From: Cyanophyceae cyanobacterium
GTDB lineage: Bacteria > Cyanobacteriota > Cyanobacteriia > Cyanobacteriales > Laspinemataceae
Length of the DNA stretch: 64,000 bases
Assembly (NCBI GenBank): GCA_038321985.1
Contig: JBBQFN010000010.1
Location: 93,040-157,039, forward strand
Reading direction: 5' to 3'
Position numbers and translations under genes: made by a program. The notes below the pieces were generated by a model. The model was not told the origin of the DNA. It worked only from the letters and a program-made list of their open reading frames with translations, and searched no databases. This document shows, piece by piece, positions 10,838 to 19,928 of this stretch (within the stretch, counting starts at the first letter, position 1; each line of letters opens with the position of its first letter).

Positions 10838-11755
10838 CAGATTTGTGTGAGTTTCCTCACTCTCTGGACTATTCCTTCACCTTAGACTTTAGGTCCGTAG
10901 GCGGTGGCCGTTACGTTTGAGGAGGTTTGTACTTTATAGCGTAGACTTTCGGGGATATAAGGGGTAATAAAGGAGAGAAATCGTTTTCCTTCCTGGGTTC
11001 CCATTCTCAGACGGTAAGCCGTTGCCGTTTTACTCAGCCCCCATTTAAATCCCCACATTTCCGAAAAATAATCAATAATGATTTCATTTTCCGATTCACA
11101 GAGGTGGGTGTTTAGATAAACGTCTAGGGCGTGAATTTTACCGTCCCTTTTTTTAAAGGACTTGGACCCTTGGTCTAAAAACCAGATGGCGATTCCCGCT
11201 GGGGTTAAGAGGTTCAAAAACTTAGAGGTGACCGTTTTAATACCGCCACAATAGAGTTTCTTTACCAAGACCCGAGTTAGGGGAATCAACTTGGGTTCTA
11301 AACGCAGGAGTTCGTCCCCCCGGTTCGTTGTTCGACGTCGGACGCTAACGGGCTGTTGGGTGATTTGTTCGAGAAGTTGTTTTTTAAATAAAACGTAACT
11401 CTCTTGGGTCGCCCGATGAGGAATAAAAAAATTATTTTGATTTTTTTTGCCCCGACCCAATAACATACCCACCAAAACGCCCCGTTGTTCTATTTTGGAT
11501 GTGACATTTAAGCCCATCTCTAATCTCTCGCTCAAACCAGTCTCTGCACCTTCCTTTGACAGCTAGATTCGGACGGGGACAGGATCGAAAGTAAATTCTC
11601 TCCTGAGCCTTTTGTTGTTTAGCAGTTCAAAGGCTTGGCTCAAGATTACCTTATTTGTTAAAGTTACTTCTCCAGGAAGACTGAAAACAGACGTAGGCTT
11701 TCTTGAATTTGACCACATTCACTCATGGAGTTTCCTCCACGGTGCCCGATACTTC
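10838..11755 (-). ncRNA. Group I self-splicing intron (tRNA-type, IC3-like), 918 nt, inserted 3' of the CCT anticodon
   Basis: P1 CCU|GA-AGUA-UCGGG with U.G at the 5' splice site; P2 GTGGAG-GAAA-CTCCAT; P AAATTCAAGAAAGCC (11710-11696); Q GGTAATCTTGAGCCAAGCC (11650-11632); R AAGGTGCAGAGACTGG (11552-11537); P3 GTGGTC/GGCCAC; S AAGGAATAGTCC (10877-10866); P9 GTGAG-GAAA-CTCAC; terminal G at 10838. Confidence 0.93.
10882..11517 (-). CDS. Intron-encoded double-motif LAGLIDADG (I-SceI-like) homing endonuclease/maturase with degenerate active sites
   Basis: Motif 1 GVLVGMLLGRG, motif 2 LTPAGIAIWFLDQGS, C-terminal ITPYIPESLRYKV typical of this family; basic protein; ATG at 11517 (TTG at 11535 possible); lies wholly inside the intron. 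Confidence 0.85.
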   Translation of the reverse strand: MGLNVTSKIEQRGVLVGMLLGRGKKNQNNFFIPHRATQESYVLFKKQLLEQITQQPVSVRRRTTNRGDELLRLEPKLIPLTRVLVKKLYCGGIKTVTSKFLNLLTPAGIAIWFLDQGSKSFKKRDGKIHALDVYLNTHLCESENEIIIDYFSEMWGFKWGLSKTATAYRLRMGTQEGKRFLSFITPYIPESLRYKVQTSSNVTATAYGPKV

Positions 11756-11805
11756 AGGAGGCGCTTGCTCTATCCTACTGAGCCACAGCCCCAAGGCTAA
11801 AATTG

Positions 11806-11814
11806 ATTGTAGCA
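11806..11814 (-). promoter_or_regulatory. Extended -10 element (TGCTACAAT) for tRNA-Arg
   Basis: TGn-TACAAT 13 nt upstream of the tRNA 5' end. Confidence 0.55.
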
Positions 11815-12168
11815 GACCAGGGGACAACTCGTCTGTAGTTTTGCGGAGTCTAGGAGTTGTCAGGGGTCGGGCGATCGCCTGTAAATTCTTGGAGGTAGCG
11901 GCTTCTAGGGTCAGGGTGGATAGACTCAGGGCGATCGCCCCAAATCTCCGTCCTGGGGAGGAGGAAACCCTAACCTTTGGAGGTTGGCAAATCACTGGAT
12001 TGCGATCGCCATCACTTGGCAAGTTTGGTTTGGTCACTCAAATGGTGGAAAATGCCTCACTCTCCAGGGAAGGAAACGTCACAGAAATCGTGAAATGCTC
12101 GTCACTGAAGAGTTTTGAAGAAAGCGGGATACTTGAAGCTATCAACAAGCGCAAAAGGAAACCTGACT

Positions 12169-12390
12169 ATGATTCGCATCCGGGACATCGTGCAACAAGC
12201 TTTGGCAATGGGGTATCTCACCGTTGAAGCTGAGGACCAGCTTCGTGATCTGCTGAGTGCCAAATATGATTTAGAAGACCTCAATGCCTTCATGACCCTA
12301 CAGCACGCTAGTATGTCTGGACGAATTAAGCAACAGTCTAGGTTGACGCGCTACAAAGCTAATGCAGATAGGAGGGACAGAGTATCTTAG
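12169..12390 (+). CDS. Small conserved cyanobacterial hypothetical protein (73 aa)
   Basis: MIRIRDIVQQALAMGYLTVEAEDQLR...; AAGGAA upstream of ATG 12169; resembles a recurrent small cyanobacterial family (from recall). Confidence 0.7.
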   Translation: MIRIRDIVQQALAMGYLTVEAEDQLRDLLSAKYDLEDLNAFMTLQHASMSGRIKQQSRLTRYKANADRRDRVS

Positions 12391-12792
12391 GGATGCCGGC
12401 TAACCAATCCTGTTCAGGTCTCTTCTAGAGGCGGTGATTTCGGGTAGCAGAAATTCATCTAAAAAATTGCCAATTAGGGATTGAATATTTGCCAGAATTG
12501 GAGAGGGAAAGATAGCCGTTGAGATGGAATAGGCGATCGCCGGCCCTGGGAGTTAAACAAAACCGGATATGTTATCATTTTTAGAATTTTTTAAGGAATC
12601 CGGGTAGCTTAGCTTGATATTGGAGATTGCTCTCGATTTCAAGACCCCAGTGCCATCTGTGGTGCCTTGGGAAAAATTTCCGGTAGGGGGTAACAACCCG
12701 AGGGATTAGACCCATCACCCCCTATAATTACGGGGACAACAGAGGGGCGCTAAGTAGTCCTATCGTGCATCTAATTCAGGAGAACTCACGGC

Positions 12793-13731
12793 ATGGCATT
12801 TATCATCTCAACCATCAATATGAAGGGGGGCGTAGGGAAGACAACGCTAACCGTTAATTTAGCCACCTGTTTAGCAAAAGATTATCACAAACGAGTGCTA
12901 GTCGTAGACCTAGATACTCAAATTAGTGCGACCCTAAGTTTAGTCTCTCCTCATGAGTTTTCTAAACTGCGGAAAGAAAAACGCACTTTAAAACATTTAG
13001 TCAATGATTTTATTCAACCCATTGACCAAAAATCTTTACCCATTCAAGATGTCATCAAACCCTATATTGGAAATATTAAAGGATTAGATTTATTGCCGGG
13101 AGATCTAGAAATATATGATGATTTTATGGTATCCGAAGTTCTCCACAAGAAGGCTTTGCATCTGGGAAAAGATAACTTTGAAGAAGTCTGGACTAAATTA
13201 GAGCAAATCTTAGTCCGAGGGGTTTTAGAGCCGGTGATGAAAGATTATGACTTTATTATCCTAGACTGCGCTCCCGGCTATAATTTATTAACTCGGAGTG
13301 CCTTAGTTGCTAGTGATTACTATCTGCTTCCCGCTAAACCCGAACCCCTATCTTTGATTGGAATTCAGTTGCTAGAAAGACGAATTAATCAACTTAGAGA
13401 AATTTACAAAGACCAAAAACCCCTTGATTTAGAAATGATCGGGATAGTTTTTACCATGTCTGGAAATTTGCTAACGGGTAGATATTATCGTCAAGTGATG
13501 CGGCGGGTGCATGATGATTTTGGAGAGACAAAAATTTTTAAGATTAGAATACCGATGGATGTCAATGTTTCTAAAGCTGTGGATAGTTTTCTGCCAGTTT
13601 CTTTAACCCATCCTACCTCAATTGGTGCCAAAGCCTTTTCCCAGCTAACCGAAGAATTTATACAAAAACTTCAATTGATCGTAGAGATGAAGGAGCAAAA
13701 AAATAAGCTAAATTTAGTTAATTTAGATTAA
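12793..13731 (+). CDS. ParA/MinD/Soj family ATPase
   Basis: Deviant Walker A KGGVGKTT, VDLDTQ, ILDCAPG. Confidence 0.92.
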   Translation: MAFIISTINMKGGVGKTTLTVNLATCLAKDYHKRVLVVDLDTQISATLSLVSPHEFSKLRKEKRTLKHLVNDFIQPIDQKSLPIQDVIKPYIGNIKGLDLLPGDLEIYDDFMVSEVLHKKALHLGKDNFEEVWTKLEQILVRGVLEPVMKDYDFIILDCAPGYNLLTRSALVASDYYLLPAKPEPLSLIGIQLLERRINQLREIYKDQKPLDLEMIGIVFTMSGNLLTGRYYRQVMRRVHDDFGETKIFKIRIPMDVNVSKAVDSFLPVSLTHPTSIGAKAFSQLTEEFIQKLQLIVEMKEQKNKLNLVNLD

Positions 13732-14044
13732 ATTTGTTACAAAAAATTTTTGATTTTTCCAATTTTACAGTCAGGCGAATAGACGTCTTGAAAGTCTAGA
13801 AAAGGGAAATTTTGCCATTTATGCTACTATTAACCCGACTGGAAGGCTACCTCTAAATCTCGTTGAAATTGTGCAGCTTTCCTTAGGATAATCAACCTTG
13901 TAAAACCCGTTGAGCACGGAAGCGGACCGGTTTTTGACGAGGGGATTTAACTACTGATTTTTTCAGGTTGCAGCCCGCATATCCATGGGGCAGTATCCAG
14001 GGTAAAATTAAAAACAGCGATCGCAGTTATTCTCCTTTTTTGTC

Positions 14045-14668
14045 ATGGTATGGCGAATTTCTGGTTTTAAAACAGTTTTTCTAGCTGTAGTTGCCACTTT
14101 ATCCGGACACTTGGTGGGGGATTTCCCCTTGCTTTTTACCGTGGTTCTGTTCCTGGGTATGGCTTATGCCTATCCTGTTGTTGAGTGGTTATTTTGGCGA
14201 TCGCCGGGTAAATCTTCTGAGGAACGGTGGCGCTGGTTTCATTTACGGGAAGGGTTAAATGGATTAATTGTCTTTTTTGGATCCCTGTTCCTGGCAATGG
14301 CGATCGCCTCTGTGATCACGGGAGGAACCCTAATTGTGATAGTCTCTCTACTCTCAACCTGGTTTGGTGATGCGTTCACTCCGGAGTTAGCTGGGTTATT
14401 CGGACAACATACGGGTTATGGGTTGAGGCGATCGCTCTTGAGTCTGACTTTTCCAGGTTGGTTTGCGATCGCCATTTGTCTTTACCGATACGAATTTTGG
14501 GTACAGCAACAGCGATCGCGGCAAAAATCAGGGATTTCGACTCCCCCTTCCCATCGTCAGGTGAAACCCGGACCTGTGAATTCCGTCGACCTTGACCTCG
14601 ATCGCCTCCGCAGTAAGTTAGGTTTAACCCACATGAAAGCGCGTCAACCGCGCAAACCCAAACCGTAA
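14045..14668 (+). CDS. Hypothetical integral membrane protein
   Basis: 207-aa ORF with several hydrophobic segments and a basic C-terminus. Confidence 0.65.
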   Translation: MVWRISGFKTVFLAVVATLSGHLVGDFPLLFTVVLFLGMAYAYPVVEWLFWRSPGKSSEERWRWFHLREGLNGLIVFFGSLFLAMAIASVITGGTLIVIVSLLSTWFGDAFTPELAGLFGQHTGYGLRRSLLSLTFPGWFAIAICLYRYEFWVQQQRSRQKSGISTPPSHRQVKPGPVNSVDLDLDRLRSKLGLTHMKARQPRKPKP

Positions 14669-14712
14669 TTCGCCAAAAAAACAGGATTTTGTTATAACCA
14701 AACAGTTACCGG

Positions 14713-15492
14713 ATGCAGATTGCCATGACTCAAACTGCTTTGGCGCTATACGAACCAACTGCGACTCTGAAACCCGTAGATGAGAATATCTGGATTGCCG
14801 ATGGACCCCTTATTAAAATGGCGATGTATGGCACATTTATTCCCTTCTCCACCCGCATGACCCTGGTACGTCTTCAGAATGGGGATTTATGGTGTCATTC
14901 CCCGATCGCCCTTACGGAGAGACTGAAAGCTGAAATTGATGCACTCGGTCCCGTGCGTTATCTAATTTCTCCCAATAAAATTCATTATGCTCACATTGCG
15001 ACTTGGGCAAAAGTCTACCCAGAAGCAACTGCATGGGCTTCCCCAGGGGTGCGAGAACGGGCAGCGCAGCAGCAGATTGAGGTAAGTTTTGATGCTGATT
15101 TAACCGATGAAGCGCCGCCAGATTGGAAGGCTGACCTAGATCAGGTGATATTTCGGGGGAGTCGATTTATGGATGAAGTGGTCTTTTTTCACCGCCGTAG
15201 TCAAACTTTAATTCTTACAGATTTAATTGAAAATTTTGAATTGCACAAAGTACCTTTTCAGTATAAATTGATGGTGAAGTTGGGGGGGGTTGTTGACCCA
15301 GATGGTAAAACTCCGTTTGATTTGCGGATGACATTTTTGGGGCGGAAAAACCAAGCCCGTATTGGGTTTAAGCAGATATTGTCTTGGGAACCTAATAAAA
15401 TTATTTTGGCTCATGGTCGCTGGTATGACAGGAATGGTATGGATGAGCTGCGACGGGCGTTTCGGTGGTTGGGGAGGGGGGATGAGGACTGA
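14713..15492 (+). CDS. DUF4336 family protein (metallo-beta-lactamase-like fold)
   Basis: TRMTLVRL..G.LW.HSP, ISPNKIHY, EVVFFH..S.TLILTDLIEN, IILAHG. Confidence 0.85.
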   Translation: MQIAMTQTALALYEPTATLKPVDENIWIADGPLIKMAMYGTFIPFSTRMTLVRLQNGDLWCHSPIALTERLKAEIDALGPVRYLISPNKIHYAHIATWAKVYPEATAWASPGVRERAAQQQIEVSFDADLTDEAPPDWKADLDQVIFRGSRFMDEVVFFHRRSQTLILTDLIENFELHKVPFQYKLMVKLGGVVDPDGKTPFDLRMTFLGRKNQARIGFKQILSWEPNKIILAHGRWYDRNGMDELRRAFRWLGRGDED

Positions 15493-15594
15493 AGTCCTGA
15501 CTAGGAACATGGGGAGGGGAAACGACTGAAGTCGTTATTACAAACAGGAGGGAGATGGTTTATCCGCTTTTTGTAGTAACGACTTGAGTTGTTA
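15485..15594. repeat. Three copies of the REP-like GAC-TNAA-GTC hairpin family; the first supplies the TGA stop of the DUF4336 gene
   Basis: AGGACTGAAGTCCTGACTAGGAAC (15485), AACGACTGAAGTCGTTATTACAAAC (15521), TTTGTAGTAACGACTTGAGTTGTTA (15570). Confidence 0.8.
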
Positions 15595-15695
15595 TTTCCG
15601 CTTTTTGAAATTCCACTTATTAGAGGGGGCTCGGGTTTTTCCGGAGATCCCACGATAAAATTGAGACAATTGAGTAAACCCTGTCGGAAAAAACG

Positions 15696-16088
15696 ATGCA
15701 AGAACCACAGATAGAAAATAATACTAACCCCACTGAGGTGCAACCCGTTGCGGCTAGTGGGTTTCAAAGAGCCTTAGGAGATTGGCGGTTGAAATTTGGG
15801 CTGATTGGATCCGCAGTGGGACTCGCGGTCCTGGGATTATTCTCATTCCTGTTCTTTTGGCACCATACGGTAGCAGAGATGGGAATGCGGTCCTGGGCCT
15901 CTAGTGCTAGCGCGACTCCCATTGAATGCATGATTCAAGATACCAATAGCGATGGATATGTCAGTTGCAGTGCCATGTTACAAGGGCAGGTGGTGCCGTT
16001 GGAATGTGGTTCGAGTTTGTTTAATATTGGTTGTCGGGTTAACTACGGTGCCGCAGCAGCGCCCCAGGTACGGTCCCCAAATAGATAA
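15696..16088 (+). CDS. Hypothetical single-TM protein with four-Cys C-terminal domain
   Basis: TM segment followed by C-x11-C ... C-x8-C; plausible ATG. Confidence 0.7.
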   Translation: MQEPQIENNTNPTEVQPVAASGFQRALGDWRLKFGLIGSAVGLAVLGLFSFLFFWHHTVAEMGMRSWASSASATPIECMIQDTNSDGYVSCSAMLQGQVVPLECGSSLFNIGCRVNYGAAAAPQVRSPNR

Positions 16089-16299
16089 ATGATCGGGTTA
16101 AGATTTTCGGGTTTATCCGATGATATAGAGAGGCCCAATAATGTTGCGCCTTTACAAGTGGGGGTTTAAAGCGACTCACAGGCGATCGCCCTTTGAGTTT
16201 GTGGGATAGGGACGGTGGACCCGCGAAGGCTTTAGGGCTGACGAGGAACCGGGAGGGCTATAATTTGGGATTGGGTCAATTCCTATACCCTGGATCTAC

Positions 16300-18447
16300 T
16301 TGTCGAGGATAACTGTGGTTCGCAAACGCCCTGAAATCATTCTGCTGTCCTTATTTCACCTCTTTGGAGAAGGCGCTCGCCCCGATCGCTGTGTTCACCC
16401 CCAATTTTCGAGCAACGGCGAACCTCGGAAAATGGGTCCGGGGTTTGTCGTTTTTTTGCTTTTCGGTGTTGCCTTGTCTCTAAGCGGGTCCACAGTAGGC
16501 AGTGCTACGCCTTTGATTTCCTCCTCTGTTCCAGAGGTGATGTCAAGGAGTCTTAATCTAGGGGAGGACCAACTGCCCGAGGGGTTTTCTCCCATAGCAC
16601 AAGGCGATCGCAACGGAGTGATGCGTCAGGGAACGGAACTCCGATGGAATGGACAGGGGCGATCGCTGGATTGGATTTCTTGGACCCTAGAGGGGAATCC
16701 GGGGCAAATTCGATACGCCATTGTGGATACGGCCCTCATGCAGCAAATGGGGGTGGAGTTGTTAAATACCGATGATGCCCGCGTTCAGCCTGTGCGTTGG
16801 TTCTCGGACCCGGAAGTTCAACCGTTAGATTTGCCGGTGCGTTGGAGTCAAAACAGACGGTATCTGGATATTACCCCACTGGCACAACAAGCGGGGTGGC
16901 AGTTGCGAGAGTCTGGGCAATTTTTAGAAGTAACCTCACCTGTGGCAACGGTAAAGGGAATTCAACAAGGGCAACAGCCGTGGGGCGATCGCCTCATTCT
17001 AGACCTAAAAGGGACTCCTTTGTTTACGGTCAGTTCTACCCCCATTGAAGCGACGCCCCAAGATGAAGACCCGGATCCGGATGGGGTACAAGGCGATCGC
17101 CCCCCGGTGTTACCGTTACAAGAATTTGTGATTACCCTGGATGCCAATCTCGCGCCGGAACTCCTCAATGCCACAGCGATCGCCAAGGATAATCTCACAG
17201 GAAATAACAACCCCGTAGCATCGGCACCGACTGATTCTTCGGCCAGAACAAAAATTGCTTTAACGTTAGAACAGACAGGATTTGAGGGAATTATCGATAC
17301 GTCAGGCGATCGCACCACCTTGCGATTACAGATTCCCCAGATGTGGCGACCCCGGGTATGGAGCGATCGCAATCCCAACCGCCTGATCATCGACATTCAA
17401 CCGGATGTTGTCACTGAGCGTAACATCCTCTGGGCATCCGGAGTCCGGTGGCGACAGCAACTCATCGAAGTCGCAGACAGTCGCTTTCCTGTCGTCTGGT
17501 TAGAACTCAACCATCGCAACCAGTCCACCACCTTGCTCAAACCGATTACCGCCAATCCGGGTTTACCGGGTATTGCCGAACTCAGTCAAATAGCGGATCG
17601 ACTGGGTGCGAATGCAGCTATTAACGGGGGATTTTTCAATCGGAATAATCAACTTCCCTTGGGTGCCATTCGCGAAAACGGACGCTGGATATCCAGTCCC
17701 ATTCTCAACCGAGGGGCGATCGCCTGGAATGATGCGGGAAGTGCTATCATTGGACGTCTCACCTTAGAGGAAACCCTGACTACTGCTGAGGGAGAAGCGT
17801 TACCTATCTTGTTTTTAAATAGCGGCTATGTCAAAGCCGGAATTTCCCGTTATACACCGGAGTGGGGAGAAACCTATACCACCCTGATTGATGATGAAAT
17901 TATTGTGGCGATCGAGGGCGGGAAAGTGACCCAACACCTCCAGGGGGCGAAAGCGGGAGAAAGCACCTTTGCCATACCGGAAACGGGGTTTTTATTAACC
18001 TTACGGTCCTTTGCATCCGCCTTACCCAGACTCCCTATCGGGACATCCGTCCTGATCAATCGGGCCACCGTCCCTTCTTACTTTGAAGTATATCCGCACA
18101 TTTTAGGGGCTGGACCTGTCTTACTCAGCAATAATTCGACGGTTTTAGATCCAGAAGCTGAACAATTCAACTCTAACTTTATCGAAGGAAAAGCCTCTCG
18201 AAGTGCGATCGGTCAAACTGCCGAAGGTCGGCTAGTGATTGCGATCGTCCACCACCGCACCAACGGACCAGGGCCCACCCTCACCGAAATGGCCCAAATC
18301 ATGCAACAGCTAGGATCCGTCAACGCCCTCAACCTAGATGGTGGCGGTTCCACGACCCTATTTTTAGGAGGTCAACTCCTAGAACATCCCCCCCGCATTA
18401 TCCCCCGCATTCACAACGGATTAGGTATCTTCCTACAATCCGACTAA
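16300..18447 (+). CDS. Phosphodiester glycosidase (NAGPA/DUF2233) family exported protein
   Basis: AAINGGFF, LGAGP, SRSAIG, ALNLDGGGST; start uncertain. Confidence 0.87.
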   Translation: MSRITVVRKRPEIILLSLFHLFGEGARPDRCVHPQFSSNGEPRKMGPGFVVFLLFGVALSLSGSTVGSATPLISSSVPEVMSRSLNLGEDQLPEGFSPIAQGDRNGVMRQGTELRWNGQGRSLDWISWTLEGNPGQIRYAIVDTALMQQMGVELLNTDDARVQPVRWFSDPEVQPLDLPVRWSQNRRYLDITPLAQQAGWQLRESGQFLEVTSPVATVKGIQQGQQPWGDRLILDLKGTPLFTVSSTPIEATPQDEDPDPDGVQGDRPPVLPLQEFVITLDANLAPELLNATAIAKDNLTGNNNPVASAPTDSSARTKIALTLEQTGFEGIIDTSGDRTTLRLQIPQMWRPRVWSDRNPNRLIIDIQPDVVTERNILWASGVRWRQQLIEVADSRFPVVWLELNHRNQSTTLLKPITANPGLPGIAELSQIADRLGANAAINGGFFNRNNQLPLGAIRENGRWISSPILNRGAIAWNDAGSAIIGRLTLEETLTTAEGEALPILFLNSGYVKAGISRYTPEWGETYTTLIDDEIIVAIEGGKVTQHLQGAKAGESTFAIPETGFLLTLRSFASALPRLPIGTSVLINRATVPSYFEVYPHILGAGPVLLSNNSTVLDPEAEQFNSNFIEGKASRSAIGQTAEGRLVIAIVHHRTNGPGPTLTEMAQIMQQLGSVNALNLDGGGSTTLFLGGQLLEHPPRIIPRIHNGLGIFLQSD

Positions 18448-18457
18448 GATAATGTCA

Positions 18458-18521
18458 GTAGTAACAACTTCAGGCGTTACTACAAACTAGCGCGGAAACG
18501 GCTGAAGTCGCTAGAACAAAC
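18458..18521. repeat. Two REP-like hairpin copies between convergent genes
   Basis: GTAGTAACAACTTCAGGCGTTACTACAAAC and AAACGGCTGAAGTCGCTAGAACAAAC. Confidence 0.75.
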
Positions 18522-18528
18522 GGGGAAG

Positions 18529-19194
18529 TTATTGAGGGGGTTTGCATAGGTTTTTTAGGATGGTTTCGTGTTCTTGGCCTTCTAGGACCCAGGGTTCTGC
18601 TGGTTTGATGCGATCGCTAAGTCCGAGGATAAAGCGGTTGCTGTCGGACCCTAATGATTCACAAGTGGTTTGTAGACAGAGGAGGTCTCTTCCTGTTAAT
18701 TGACTGAAAAAAGACGTTAATATCCCGGCTTCTAAAAAACAAACGGGACGCTTCCATTGGGGGGCTTGGTCTGCGTAGGGGGAGTTTTTAGCGATAATGA
18801 TTAAGAATCCATCTTGATAATGGTCTTGATTTAACTCCATTTTTCCCCAACCCATTGTTTTCCAAAATTGTTGGAAACATTGGATGAATTGTACCATTTC
18901 CATTTGAGAAATGGCTTTCCCATAGTAATCGGATATTTCTTCACAAAAGCGAACGTAAAAGTTTTTTCCCCACCATTTACCACAGTTAAAGAGGACTAAT
19001 CGGGCAGCGGACCCGGTTTCCTGTTCAAGTCCGCTATAGATGGCGGAAATTAAGGTTTCGGGAATGGCAAGGAGGCGATCGCCTCGGCGGTTTTCCAGTA
19101 GTCCTAGTTCTAAGTCGCCTTTCACATAGACATCGTATGCAAAATAGTTGCCCGGGAGTTGTTGCTCTTTAAGCAGATTAGAAATTGATATCAT
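18529..19194 (-). CDS. V4R domain protein (Synechocystis Slr0147-like, Pap operon)
   Basis: GKWWG, MGWG, PVCFLEAGILTSFF, C-x4-C V4R pattern; gene order. Confidence 0.85.
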   Translation of the reverse strand: MISISNLLKEQQLPGNYFAYDVYVKGDLELGLLENRRGDRLLAIPETLISAIYSGLEQETGSAARLVLFNCGKWWGKNFYVRFCEEISDYYGKAISQMEMVQFIQCFQQFWKTMGWGKMELNQDHYQDGFLIIIAKNSPYADQAPQWKRPVCFLEAGILTSFFSQLTGRDLLCLQTTCESLGSDSNRFILGLSDRIKPAEPWVLEGQEHETILKNLCKPPQ

Positions 19195-19249
19195 AGTTTT
19201 ACGGTTAGTCCTGTTCTGGGTTTATTTTTAGATAGTTTTTGAGAAGTCG

Positions 19250-19723
19250 TTATTCTGGTTTATTTTCATCCAATAAAATGGTTTTTGCTTTCTCTAAAAA
19301 CGGCTGAATTAGGGGAAATTGTTTGTCGGAGAGTTCTTCTTTCAAACCCTGGAGTAATAATTCATACAGTTGACGTTCGACGGTTTGGCTTTGGTGATTT
19401 TGTACCAACCCGGTCATCCAATCTTTTAGGCGCAAGGTGAGAAATTCCGGGTCACTTAATAACATGGCTGTCCCACAGTAGCGACTAATCAAGAGCCAGT
19501 GTTTTAGCGATCGCTCTAGGATTTCTTGGCTTTCATCGGGAAAGGCGGCAACCAGGCGATCGGCTACGGGTTGAAAAATTCGTTCTTCTTTGTCTCGGAG
19601 GGTTTCATATGCCTCCATTCGTCTCACCAAAGACACCGAATAGCGTCGGAAAAGGTCAATTTCAGTGGTCTGTAAATAACGCTGTTCAGCTTGTTCTAGC
19701 AGTCGCGCAATCTCGGGGTGCAT
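19250..19723 (-). CDS. Globin/phycobiliprotein-like fold protein (Slr0146-like)
   Basis: AEQRYL, ISRYCGTAML pattern resembling apo-phycobiliprotein helices; operon context. Confidence 0.75.
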   Translation of the reverse strand: MHPEIARLLEQAEQRYLQTTEIDLFRRYSVSLVRRMEAYETLRDKEERIFQPVADRLVAAFPDESQEILERSLKHWLLISRYCGTAMLLSDPEFLTLRLKDWMTGLVQNHQSQTVERQLYELLLQGLKEELSDKQFPLIQPFLEKAKTILLDENKPE

Positions 19724-19865
19724 GGTGATGTTTTAAGGTGGGTTTGAGCCTGAAAAAATTTAAAGCAAGCAGTCCAATCGTTCCCTAATCCTTTTTGTAG
19801 TAGGGATTGAAGCCGTTACAGCAAGTCCTACCCAATCAGATTTTAAAAGTCTAGAATTGTTCAAA

Positions 19866-19890
19866 TTAGCCCGCTTGTGCGGGCTTTATT
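19866..19890. terminator. AGCCCGC-N4-GCGGGCT hairpin inside the Pap-like operon; near-identical hairpin at 35138-35165
   Basis: TTAGCCCGCTTGTGCGGGCTTTATTT. Confidence 0.5.
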
Positions 19891-19928
19891 TGGGTCTGAC
19901 GACCCTTCCCAGGTGAGACTATTTTCTC

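Larger units (their letters stand above)
10801..11792 (-). tRNA. trnR-CCT: tRNA-Arg(CCT), intron-split: exon 1 11792-11756, exon 2 10837-10801 (74 nt spliced, no encoded CCA)
   Basis: Joined exons give GGGGCTGTGGCTCAGTAGGATAGAGCAAGCGCCTCCT^AAGCGCTAGGTCGCCGGTTCAAATCCGGCCAGTCCCG: acceptor GGGGCTG/CAGTCCC, D-arm GCTC/GAGC, anticodon stem AGCGC/GCGCT with loop CT-CCT-AA, T-arm GCCGG-TTCAAAT-CCGGC. Confidence 0.95.

Noticed and set aside
10882..11535. LAGLIDADG ORF as an intein or free-standing endonuclease
   Set aside because: No host extein or intein terminal motifs, and it is enclosed by group I core elements and tRNA exons.
11612..12227. ORFs 11612-11800, 11703-12227 and 11723-12037
   Set aside because: They overlap the tRNA 5' exon, intron core and promoter; translations are featureless.
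15501..15767. 88-aa minus-strand ORF
   Set aside because: Runs through REP-like repeats and antisense to the 15696 gene.
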